Positions 17,389 through 24,472 of a stretch of 39,637 nt of DNA are shown here, piece after piece. How positions within the stretch are numbered: the stretch's first letter is position 1; every line of letters starts with the position of its first letter. Source of the DNA: Coriobacteriia bacterium (GTDB lineage Bacteria > Actinomycetota > Coriobacteriia > Anaerosomatales > SLCP01); NCBI GenBank assembly GCA_007125735.1, contig SLCP01000201.1, positions 1 to 39,637 on the forward strand, in the 5' to 3' direction. Below the pieces are notes generated by a model, which was given only the letters and a program-made list of their open reading frames with translations, made no database searches and was not told the DNA's origin. A program made the position numbers and the translations under genes.

Positions 17389-17688
17389 TCACGAGGTGGA
17401 CTGGGCACGCGTGTAGCGCTGGACGCCTTCCCGTATCTCGCGGACCTTGCGCCATGCAACCTCTTCGTCGCGGCCGAGATAGTGATCTACCCTGCCTCCG
17501 AGCGTCTCGGCTGCTTCTTCGGCCCGTTCGGCCACCGAACGTGCGACCTCGGCAGCCCGTCGTGCTTCGACTGCAAGTCGACGTCTCGTCCGCTGCCCAC
17601 TTGTCGGCGCGAAAAGGATTCCGACGATGACTCCGAGGACGGCGCCGACGAAGAGCCCGATGACAAAATATTCGGTCTTGTATCTCAC
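17389..17688 (-). CDS. YtxH-domain small membrane protein
   Basis: 99 aa. The N-terminal FVIGLFVGAVLGVIVGILFAPTSGQRTRRRL matches the YtxH GxxxGxxxGxLxAPxSG signature, followed by a charged helical tail. The GTG start overlaps the parB stop (GTGA). Confidence 0.8.
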   Translation of the reverse strand: MRYKTEYFVIGLFVGAVLGVIVGILFAPTSGQRTRRRLAVEARRAAEVARSVAERAEEAAETLGGRVDHYLGRDEEVAWRKVREIREGVQRYTRAQSTS

Positions 17689-18566
17689 GTCGCCGCCTCC
17701 TGCGCCCCCTCGCCCGCTTCGCCTTCCACCAGAAGCAAGAAGATGCGCTCGAGCTCATCTTCTCCGTGGAAGTCGATCTCTATCTTCCCCTTGCGTTCGG
17801 TCTGCCTGACCCGGACACCAGTTCCCAGAATCTTCCTTAGCTTGCGCGCGACGATCTTGAACGACTTCGGTGTCGCGGGCCGCGGGGCACGTTCCGCCTG
17901 ACCTGCCGCGTAGAGGCGTGCGATGTTCTCCGTCTCCCGAACCGAGAGCCCCTCGTTCACCACCTTATGTGCCAGACGTGAGCGCGACTCCTCGTCAGGC
18001 ACGGTGAGGACCGCTCGGGCATGTCCCGCCGAGAGGCGACCTTCGTACACCATGGTCTGCACGTCTTCCGGCAGGTCGAGCAAGCGAAGGGCGTTCGTGA
18101 TCGTTGAGCGCGATTTGGACACCTTCTCCGCCAGCTCAGCCTGGGTCATCTGGTGCTCGGAGAGCAGGCGGCGATAGCCCCTCGCCTCTTCTATCGGATT
18201 CAGATCCTCACGCTGGAGGTTCTCGATAAGCGCGAGCTCGAGCGACTCTGACTCCGTGCTCGCCAAGACCCGCACGGGCACCCGCTCGAGACCCGCCAAC
18301 CGAGCCGCCCTCCAACGCCTCTCACCGGCGATGATCTGGTAGCCCTCGCCGTGGGGACGCACGATGATCGGCTGCAAGACGCCGACTCGGCGGACAGATT
18401 CGGCCAGCTCGGCGACGCCGTCTTCGTCGATATCGGTACGCGGCTGCTTCGGGTTCGGTGCGATCTGGTCCACAGCAATGTCGTGTATGTCTGAGTCGGC
18501 GGCCTCTTGTCCCGCGTTGGGAATCAGCGCCGACAGGCCGCGCCCCAGTCCTCGCTTAGTCGACAC
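17685..18566 (-). CDS. parB: Chromosome partitioning protein ParB (Spo0J)
   Basis: GLGRGLSALI, LQPIIVRP and IIAGERRWRAARLAG (ParB box). The GTG start overlaps the parA end by 11 nt. Confidence 0.95.
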   Translation of the reverse strand: MSTKRGLGRGLSALIPNAGQEAADSDIHDIAVDQIAPNPKQPRTDIDEDGVAELAESVRRVGVLQPIIVRPHGEGYQIIAGERRWRAARLAGLERVPVRVLASTESESLELALIENLQREDLNPIEEARGYRRLLSEHQMTQAELAEKVSKSRSTITNALRLLDLPEDVQTMVYEGRLSAGHARAVLTVPDEESRSRLAHKVVNEGLSVRETENIARLYAAGQAERAPRPATPKSFKIVARKLRKILGTGVRVRQTERKGKIEIDFHGEDELERIFLLLVEGEAGEGAQEAAT

Positions 18567-19353
18567 GGTCTATCACCTCCTTGGAGAGTGCCCGGTAGGC
18601 CTCGGCCCCTTTGCCCGAGGGGTCGTATAGAGTCACGGGTTGTCCGAAGCTGGGCGCCTCGGAGAGACGCACGCTGCGGGGAATCAGCACCTCGAATACC
18701 TTGTCGCCGAAGAAATCCCGCACCTCCTCGACCACCTGTTGCGACAAGCGTGTCCGCACATCGAACATCGTCATCACGACCCCGAACACCTCGAGCCGGG
18801 GGTTCAGGTGGGCCTTGACCAGTCGAACGCTGTCGAGCAGCTTCGACAAGCCCTCGAGCGCGTAGTACTCGCACTGGATAGGGATTACGAGGCCCTGAGC
18901 TGCGGTAAGTGCGTTAATGGTAAGCAATCCCAGGGATGGCGGGCAGTCGATGATCACGAAGTCGAAGTCGCCCAGCACCGGCTGGAGTATCGTCTTTAGG
19001 CGAGCTTCTCGACTGAGAGCGGAGACGAGCTCGATCTCAGCTCCTGCGAGCTGAATCGTCGCCGGCACTACGAACACATGTTCGATTTCCACGGGCTCGA
19101 TAAGGGCCTCGATCGGCTCATCACCGAGAAGGGCATCGTATACACACGCCTGGCGTTGGTTTTTGTTCAGTCCATACCCGGATGTGGCATTGCCCTGCGG
19201 GTCGAGGTCGACAAGAAGAACCTTTCGGCCAGCATCGCCTAGGCATGCGGCCAGATTCACCGCGGTCGTACTCTTGCCGACGCCGCCCTTCTGGTTGACG
19301 ACGGCCAGTACACGAGCTCCAGAGTTCGGGTGATCACACAACTCCTCAGTCAC
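18556..19353 (-). CDS. parA: Chromosome partitioning ATPase ParA (Soj)
   Basis: Deviant Walker A VVNQKGGVGKSTTAVNLA. 265 aa. GTG start with GGGAGGGGG upstream. Confidence 0.95.
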   Translation of the reverse strand: MTEELCDHPNSGARVLAVVNQKGGVGKSTTAVNLAACLGDAGRKVLLVDLDPQGNATSGYGLNKNQRQACVYDALLGDEPIEALIEPVEIEHVFVVPATIQLAGAEIELVSALSREARLKTILQPVLGDFDFVIIDCPPSLGLLTINALTAAQGLVIPIQCEYYALEGLSKLLDSVRLVKAHLNPRLEVFGVVMTMFDVRTRLSQQVVEEVRDFFGDKVFEVLIPRSVRLSEAPSFGQPVTLYDPSGKGAEAYRALSKEVIDRVD

Positions 19354-19448
19354 GTCCGACTCCCGCCCCCTCCCATTACGGCAATCACGGTCACGTTCCC
19401 GAGCCGACCACAGTATACGGTATCGCCGACCGTCGCGAAAGCAGGAAC

Positions 19449-20162
19449 CTAGGCGAGGGGACGGTGTTGCGCAACTCCATCACGACGGGGCAACGGGACT
19501 GAACTGTCCCCGCACTTCCTAAACACGACACACGAGCGAGCGTCCTCTCTGCCAACCAGCTCGTAGGTCCGGACACCCTCGAACTCCATTCCTGTCAATC
19601 CAGCGGCAGCACGGCCCGCCTCAAGCTCGCTTGGCTCGGGCTTCCCCTTCATCGCGAAGAGCTTTCCACCAGCTGAGAGAAGGGGGGATGCGAGCTCCAC
19701 CAGGGCAGGCAAGCTCGCGACCGCCCGTGCTGTCACCGCCGCAGAGAGGCCGGCCTCCTGTCGTGCAAGCGCCTCCGCTCTCCCCGCGAAGACCCTGATT
19801 TGGCGATCGAGGCCGAGGGAGCGAACTGTGTCCTCGAGATAGCGGGCCTTCTTGGCGATCGACTCGACGAGAGTCGTCTGACGCCCCGAGACGATTGCGA
19901 GCGGTACACCTGGAAAGCCCGCGCCCGAACCCAGATCCACCAGTGGGCCTTCTGGCGCCTCAGCGAGTTCACCAACGGGAGTCAACGAGTCGATGATGTG
20001 GAGCGACATGGCGGTGTCAAGATCGCGTATGGCGGTGAGGTTCATCCGCTGGTTGGCCTCCATGACCGCCTCAAGGTGACGGACCATGAGCACTACCCCA
20101 GCATCGTCAACCGCGACGCCCGCCTCGGCCAGTCTCTTCTTCAGTCTGTCGACGGTGCTCAA
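19449..20162 (-). CDS. rsmG: 16S rRNA (guanine527-N7)-methyltransferase RsmG (GidB)
   Basis: SAM-binding motif LVDLGSGAGFPGVPLAI and an N-terminal NLTAIRD. TTG start with GGGGG 5 nt upstream. Confidence 0.9.
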   Translation of the reverse strand: MSTVDRLKKRLAEAGVAVDDAGVVLMVRHLEAVMEANQRMNLTAIRDLDTAMSLHIIDSLTPVGELAEAPEGPLVDLGSGAGFPGVPLAIVSGRQTTLVESIAKKARYLEDTVRSLGLDRQIRVFAGRAEALARQEAGLSAAVTARAVASLPALVELASPLLSAGGKLFAMKGKPEPSELEAGRAAAGLTGMEFEGVRTYELVGREDARSCVVFRKCGDSSVPLPRRDGVAQHRPLA

Positions 20163-20190
20163 AGGTACCCCCTAGTCCGATATGCGTCAT

Positions 20191-20206
20191 GGTTTCACGT
20201 GAAACA
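20191..20206. promoter_or_regulatory. parS: parS centromere-like site (1 mismatch to TGTTTCACGTGAAACA)
   Basis: GGTTTCACGTGAAACA, which contains the palindromic core GTTTCACGTGAAAC. Confidence 0.85.
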
Positions 20207-20228
20207 TCTGTGCTTGCTGCAGGACGCA

Positions 20229-20244
20229 TGTTTCACGTGAAACA
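20229..20244. promoter_or_regulatory. parS: parS centromere-like site (perfect consensus)
   Basis: TGTTTCACGTGAAACA, a perfect 16-bp palindrome, 38 bp from the first site. Confidence 0.9.
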
Positions 20245-20265
20245 CACTGGCGTTCATCACCTGCC

Positions 20266-20294
20266 ACTATACGTCAGGGTCTCGCCACTTGCTA
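20266..20294 (-). promoter_or_regulatory. Candidate promoter for the rsmG-parA-parB transcription unit
   Basis: On the minus strand, -10 TATAGT lies at 20271-20266 and a weak -35 TAGCAA lies 17 nt upstream at 20294-20289. Both parS sites would fall in the leader. Confidence 0.35.
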
Positions 20295-20553
20295 CGCCAG
20301 GCTCGCGGAGCACACTTGCCCCGGGCGCCTGCTTGACGCTGATACGACATCCGGGGGCCTGTTGACTTACGGGCCCAACGTCCGTCCAAGCGGAGTTCCT
20401 GACAAGAGTTCGTGCTTCACTGCTTCCTGTCAGTCGTTCCGGCAACTTCAGGCGTGGAGGGCTGCTCTCCGCAACCTTCCGGCCCCTTACTCCCAGCCGC
20501 GCGTACACCGCTCGCGCCGCAGGCCAGACCTGCGGAACAGCCACCGATACGAA

Positions 20554-20586
20554 AGACGGCGCCTGGCCTGTCGCCTGACGCCGTCT
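20554..20586 (-). terminator. Terminator candidate downstream of jag
   Basis: 8-bp stem AGACGGCG/CGCCGTCT with an inner GGC/GCC helix. On the minus strand it is followed by TTCGTATCGG, only a moderately U-rich tail. It lies 50 nt after the jag stop. Confidence 0.45.
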
Positions 20587-20636
20587 CTATAGAACCCTGG
20601 GCCTGTCTCTGAGTCGGGGAGTGGGGAATCTCCCGA

Positions 20637-21419
20637 TCAGCGCTTGCGTGGCGAGACCACAACAGCGCGATACGGGTCGTCGCCCTCGCTCGCCGTCTGC
20701 ACGTTGGGGTCGTTGCGGAGCGCCATGTGGATGACACGCCGCTCGAGCGCGGACATCGGGCGGAGCTTCACCGCAGACCCCTGGCGAGATGCCCGGGCGG
20801 CTGCTCGGAAGCCGATCTCTTCGAGCTTCGCCTTGCGGCGATTGCGATACCCTTCGACATCGATGATGACCGGGTGACGGAAGCCGAGCCGCTTGTTGGT
20901 GATCGCGGAAGTCAGCACCTGGATGCTATCCAGCGTGCGCCCGTGTCGACCGATCAGGACCGCGAGGTCGCTACCCACGACATCGAGAATGATCTCCCCC
21001 TCGTCACCCTCGTACTCCTCTACCTCGGCCTCGATGCCAAAGGATTCGAGGATCACGTTCACCGTGTCGCCAGCGGCATCAGCGACGCTGTCCAGCTCTT
21101 CGTCGGTAAGGGTGGCCGGTCCTTCTGGTGCAATCGGATCGGGCGTCGCCTCCTGGTGCTCGACGATCGATACGTCGCCATCCTCGAGTGCCTCGCTCGC
21201 CATCTGTTCGGCACTCTCGATCTGCTTGACGAACTCCTCTTTGAGCCACACCCGCACCCGGGCTGCGCGCTCCGCGCCGAGTCCGAGGATCTTGCGAGCA
21301 GGCTCCTCAAGGACCTCGAACTCAACGGCGTCCTGCTGAACGCCGAGCTCGGCGAGCGCGGCGTCGATCGCCTCCTCGACAGTAGGACCCTCGCCGATAC
21401 TCTCACGTAGCATCGCCAT
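20637..21419 (-). CDS. jag: Jag/KhpB RNA-binding protein (Jag_N, KH, R3H domains)
   Basis: N-terminal GPTVEEAIDAALAELGV (Jag_N) and a C-terminal R3H region LRPMSALERRVIHMAL. The ATG at 21419 shares one nucleotide with the yidC stop (TGATG). The longer ORF to 21527 would overlap yidC. Confidence 0.85.
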   Translation of the reverse strand: MAMLRESIGEGPTVEEAIDAALAELGVQQDAVEFEVLEEPARKILGLGAERAARVRVWLKEEFVKQIESAEQMASEALEDGDVSIVEHQEATPDPIAPEGPATLTDEELDSVADAAGDTVNVILESFGIEAEVEEYEGDEGEIILDVVGSDLAVLIGRHGRTLDSIQVLTSAITNKRLGFRHPVIIDVEGYRNRRKAKLEEIGFRAAARASRQGSAVKLRPMSALERRVIHMALRNDPNVQTASEGDDPYRAVVVSPRKR

Positions 21420-22132
21420 CACGCTTCCTCTCTCTGTGTGAGGAACTTCATCTGTATCTGCTGCTGCCCGATGCCGAGCACGCTTGAAGTAACCCAGTAG
21501 AGGAGAACCCCCGCCGGGCTGATCCATCCGATGTACAACATCATCACGGCCATGATCCCGATGATCTGCTTCTGCTGGTTCTCGCCGGGCATGAACAGCT
21601 GCGGCAACCAGATGCTCAGACCGAACAGCGCGACGAGGGCGATGTAGGGGATCGTGGACAAGATTCCGACGTCAGCCCACACTGAAGCCGGCGTCGCGGT
21701 CAGGTCTGGTAAAATTATCCAGAAGCGCCTCATCGCCTCCTGCTGGACCTCTGGGAGGCCCGCGATGTAGTCAAGAAAGAGGCCCGGTCTGTCGGGAGTG
21801 CCGCCGAGCACCTGATAGAGAGCGATGAATATCGGCATCTGGAGGAGGAGGGGGAGGCAGCCACCAAAGGGGTTGATCTTGTTCTCCTGATAGAACTTCA
21901 GCGTTTCTTCTTGCAGCTTCTCCTTGTCGTCCTTGTACTTCTTCTGCAGCTGCTTGATCTTGGGCTGGATGCGCTGGAGCTCGTACATCGAGCGCGTTTG
22001 CTTGACGGTCAGAGGGATCATGAGCAAGCGGATCGCTACGGTAAGGAGAATAATGGCCACGCCGTAGTCGCCGGTGACATCATGTAGATACTGGAGTGCC
22101 GAGAAGATCAGTTCTTTTATTGTCTGCCACAC
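21419..22132 (-). CDS. yidC: Membrane protein insertase YidC (short Gram-positive type)
   Basis: 237 aa. PLTVKQTRSMYELQRIQPKIKQLQKKYKDDKEKLQEETLKFYQENKINPFGGCLPLLLQMPIFIALY is the conserved YidC/Oxa1 core. AGGAGGAGG SD before the GTG at 22132. Confidence 0.95.
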   Translation of the reverse strand: MWQTIKELIFSALQYLHDVTGDYGVAIILLTVAIRLLMIPLTVKQTRSMYELQRIQPKIKQLQKKYKDDKEKLQEETLKFYQENKINPFGGCLPLLLQMPIFIALYQVLGGTPDRPGLFLDYIAGLPEVQQEAMRRFWIILPDLTATPASVWADVGILSTIPYIALVALFGLSIWLPQLFMPGENQQKQIIGIMAVMMLYIGWISPAGVLLYWVTSSVLGIGQQQIQMKFLTQREEA

Positions 22133-22153
22133 GGGCGAGAACCTCCTCCTTCA

Positions 22154-22169
22154 TCCGCCGTCGACGGCG
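22154..22169. repeat. Perfect 16-bp palindrome in the yidD-yidC spacer
   Basis: CCGCCGTCGACGGCGG, immediately upstream (minus strand) of the yidC SD. Confidence 0.9.
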
Positions 22170-22193
22170 GTTCATGTGCTCAGCCTGCCTGCC

Positions 22194-22421
22194 TCAGGGC
22201 ACAGGGTCGTAGCCCCCGGGGTTCCATGGGTGGCACCGGATCACCCGGCGAAGCGCGAGCCAGCCCCCCTTGAGTACGCCGTACCGCTCCAAGGATATCA
22301 TCGCGTACGAGGAACAGGTGGGCGTGAAACGACACGACGGCGGAAGGAGTGGAGAGACCAGTTTCTGGTAACCGAGTACGAGCAGCACGGCCGCTCGTCT
22401 CGGAGCTCGTACCGCGCGCAT
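22194..22421 (-). CDS. yidD: Membrane protein insertion efficiency factor YidD
   Basis: [58 protein letters not shown] is the YidD signature. The ATG at 22421 lies 1 nt after the rnpA stop. Confidence 0.85.
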   Translation of the reverse strand: MRAVRAPRRAAVLLVLGYQKLVSPLLPPSCRFTPTCSSYAMISLERYGVLKGGWLALRRVIRCHPWNPGGYDPVP

Positions 22422-22422
22422 C

Positions 22423-22752
22423 TCAGAGCACCCCTGCTCGGCGCAGTGCCGATGAGATCGCGGCATCCAACTCTTCCGCCGGCGCTGTGCCGGTGTGGGA
22501 GCGAGCTATCAGCGCGACGTCGTGACCCGGCCACGGGGCACCAAGTCTCCGTGCAGCGGCACGCAGCACCCTTTTCGCCCGGTTTCGCGATACCGCGCCC
22601 CCGACCTTCTTGCCCGCAACGAACGCCACCCGTCCCACAGATTCGCCTTCTGCCTGTGTCGGGCACGCGCGTAGGACAACCAGCGGGTGGGCCGAACGGC
22701 GACCCTGCAGGAAGATGGTCTCGATCTCGCGGTTTGAGCGGACCGTACGCAC
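22423..22752 (-). CDS. rnpA: Ribonuclease P protein component
   Basis: [10 protein letters not shown]... followed by [25 protein letters not shown] (RNR motif). I chose the GTG at 22752 (GGAG 9 nt upstream), which gives 109 aa. The ORF-track start at 22845 would overlap rpmH by 62 nt. Confidence 0.8.
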   Translation of the reverse strand: MRTVRSNREIETIFLQGRRSAHPLVVLRACPTQAEGESVGRVAFVAGKKVGGAVSRNRAKRVLRAAARRLGAPWPGHDVALIARSHTGTAPAEELDAAISSALRRAGVL

Positions 22753-22783
22753 AGTGGGCGCTCCAACGGTCCTCAGGGCTAAC

Positions 22784-22918
22784 TCAGGCCGAGAGGACCT
22801 CGCGGCCCTTGCGGCGACGGTTGGCCAGTATGCGCTGTCCGGCACGGGTCGACATGCGCTTGCGGAACCCGTGTACCTTGCTGCGCTTGCGATTGTTGGG
22901 CTGGTACGTCCTCTTCAC
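22784..22918 (-). CDS. rpmH: 50S ribosomal protein L34
   Basis: (V/M)[43 protein letters not shown], 44 aa. GTG start at 22918 with a GGAGGA SD. Confidence 0.95.
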   Translation of the reverse strand: MKRTYQPNNRKRSKVHGFRKRMSTRAGQRILANRRRKGREVLSA

Positions 22919-22960
22919 GATTCCTCCGATTCCGGCCCCCACTGGGGGCAAAGCCCGACG

Positions 22961-22990
22961 ATTATAGCGATGCAGTTTCATGAGTGTCAA
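22961..22990 (-). promoter_or_regulatory. rpmH promoter
   Basis: Minus strand: consensus -35 TTGACA (22990-22985), an 18-nt spacer and consensus -10 TATAAT (22966-22961). The short leader contains a GCCCCC/GGGGGC hairpin at 22935-22949. Confidence 0.7.
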
Positions 22991-23035
22991 ACCTGAAGAC
23001 AGACTCTGCGCCACTCGTCAAATTGAGATGAAATC

Positions 23036-23086
23036 TGTGGACAGTGTGGAAAACCCAGGCACCGCGACCGGGAGCCCTGTGGATAA
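23036..23086. promoter_or_regulatory. DnaA-box cluster I (between the divergent rpmH and plus-strand promoters)
   Basis: TGTGGACAG at 23036-23044 (2 mismatches) abuts TGTGGAAAA at 23045-23053 (1 mismatch). A perfect TGTGGATAA (complement of TTATCCACA) lies at 23078-23086. All three share one orientation. Confidence 0.7.
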
Positions 23087-23100
23087 CGTCGCCTGCGGCG

Positions 23101-23129
23101 TTGTTGGTCGCGGGCCCTCTTGCTAGAAT
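23101..23129 (+). promoter_or_regulatory. Candidate promoter reading toward the ATPase-wHTH ORF and dnaA
   Basis: -35 TTGTTG (23101-23106), a 17-nt spacer and an extended -10 TGCTAGAAT (23121-23129). Confidence 0.5.
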
Positions 23130-23398
23130 CGGCGGCGACCGCTGGTTGTCCTGGCGTTCGAGTCGTTCCTTGAAAACACCTGCTCATAGCGTCTGTTCAC
23201 TACCGGATGGGTTCAACGCTCAGATGCCTGGGACACAAAATGCGACGGAACCCGATCGGTCTGCACTCGACCCGCACGACTGTCCACATGCGGTGGAAGC
23301 AGACGATAGGCTTTTCAACAGACCGGAAAGGCCGGGAAGGGTCCGCCCCCTCGCTACCCTGCGTACTCGAGGGTTCGGCGAACCGAAAAGGCGCGATC

Positions 23399-23430
23399 CT
23401 TTCCACAGCTGTGGAAATGCCTGTGGATAA
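23399..23430. promoter_or_regulatory. DnaA-box cluster II
   Basis: CTTTCCACA at 23399-23407 (2 mismatches, forward orientation), TGTGGAAAT at 23410-23418 (2 mismatches) and a perfect TGTGGATAA at 23422-23430. A further 2-mismatch box CTGTCCACA lies at 23280-23288. Confidence 0.65.
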
Positions 23431-23635
23431 CGGAGAAAACCGCACTTGAGGTTTGCTGTTTGCTTTCGGTGGACCCAGATCGTGGACCATGGCTACTCTC
23501 TTCAGCAGGTGTTCTGGAAGACCCGCAGTCACGGCAGTCCTGTTGACAGCCGGCGTTGAACACTCGCGCCGTGGTAAGGGTGGGGGAGCGTTGAAGTACT
23601 TCTTTCGTGATGGGATTCCGGGCGGCCCCGCGCTC

Positions 23636-24451
23636 ATGGAGCGGGGGCCCAGCACCCAAGACTCTCGGGGGCAGACCTCGGCTACGCGGTTCGCCGCCCC
23701 CACCCCCTCTGCCTGCGTCGCCCGGATCGCGGTCTACGAAGCTGCCGGGGCAGCACCGCGCACGGAGGACGTCTCCTCGGCCGAAGCGCTCGAGTTCATC
23801 GAAAGCGTTTCTTCTCGCGTGCACGCACTTTCTCGAGAAGCCGGCGGCTCGATGCCGTACACCGTAATCCGTGAGGTGGTCGAGAACTTCGTCCACGCCG
23901 ACTTCACCGAGCCGGTCGTCTCCGTCCTGGATTCGGGGACGACCATCCGCTTCGCGGACCAGGGGCCGGGGGTTCCGGACAAAGAGAAGGCCGCCCTGCC
24001 CGGGTATACCACGGCCACCGCCGAGATGAAGAATCTCATCCGGGGCGTGGGCTCTGGCCTTCCTATCGTCAGGGACTTCCTCGAGCACTGCGGCGGCGCG
24101 CTCATCATCGAAGACAACCTCGGCCGGGGGACCGTGGTCACCATCACGTCGGCCGGCTCGACCGCCACGCCTTCCCCCTCTCCCGACCTCAACGTCCCTG
24201 CGGCGGTGCGTCAGCCCCTGGCGCCCTTGCCGCCGATCAGCACCCGGCAGAAGCAGGTTCTCTCGCTCGTGCTCGAACTCGGCGAAGTGGGCCCCACTAT
24301 CGTCTCCCGAGAGCTTTCGGTGGCCCTGTCCACGGCATACCGCGATCTCGCTCAGCTCGAGAGCATCGGGTTCATATCGGCCGATGAGGCCGGCAAGAGG
24401 GCTCTAACCGAGGACGGTCTTCGATTCCTCGACAGCATGTTCGGACAATAG
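23636..24451 (+). CDS. Soluble GHKL-type ATPase (HATPase_c-like, no HisKA or TM) fused to a C-terminal winged-helix DNA-binding domain
   Basis: N-box-like REVVENFVHA, G1 DQGPGVP and G2 GVGSGLPIV. After a Pro/Ser linker comes STRQKQVLSLVLELGEVGPTIVSRELSVALSTAYRDLAQLESIGFI (wHTH-like). Third-position G+C is 47/60 in the first 60 codons from 23636. The start is uncertain: ATG 23636, TTG 23591 (GGGGGAG upstream) or ATG 23489. The stop lies 21 nt before dnaA. Confidence 0.75.
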   Translation: MERGPSTQDSRGQTSATRFAAPTPSACVARIAVYEAAGAAPRTEDVSSAEALEFIESVSSRVHALSREAGGSMPYTVIREVVENFVHADFTEPVVSVLDSGTTIRFADQGPGVPDKEKAALPGYTTATAEMKNLIRGVGSGLPIVRDFLEHCGGALIIEDNLGRGTVVTITSAGSTATPSPSPDLNVPAAVRQPLAPLPPISTRQKQVLSLVLELGEVGPTIVSRELSVALSTAYRDLAQLESIGFISADEAGKRALTEDGLRFLDSMFGQ

Positions 24452-24472
24452 GCAGTGTTTGGAGGCAGGTAG

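Noticed and set aside
20398-20435. The minus-strand string CCGGAACGACUGACAGGAAGCAG in the jag-rsmG spacer, as a possible SRP RNA.
   Set aside because: No closing helix forms around a GGAA loop, and the flanking sequence cannot form the SRP helix 8 symmetric or asymmetric loops.
20257-20544. 95-aa minus-strand ORF in the jag-rsmG spacer.
   Set aside because: It has a GTG start without an SD and about 63 percent GC3 by my count, against roughly 78 percent in neighbouring genes. The sequence is basic and featureless. It would begin inside the jag terminator region. The interval is kept only as an unassigned finding.
23300-23345. GGAAGCAG and GACCGGAAAGGCCGGGAAGGG strings, reminiscent of SRP RNA domain IV or the RNase P RNA P4 region (GGAAAGUCCGGG).
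   Set aside because: The order and spacing are wrong for SRP RNA, with no GGAA tetraloop helix. There is one mismatch to the RNase P core and none of the other universally conserved RNase P segments nearby.
23044-23449. Plus-strand ORFs 23044-23430 (128 aa) and 23207-23449 (80 aa) in the rpmH-dnaA gap.
   Set aside because: They have no SD, mixed third-position composition and featureless translations. They run straight through the DnaA-box clusters and promoter elements.
23636-23700. GAGCGGGGGCCCA ... CAGACCUCGGCUACGCG, which superficially resembles conserved strings of the c-di-AMP (ydaO) riboswitch.
   Set aside because: The two look-alike strings are only about 30 nt apart, whereas the riboswitch needs about 80 nt of intervening helices. 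The GGGGUGAAUCC-type second half is missing. The stretch has high GC3 in the ATPase ORF frame, so it is most likely coding.
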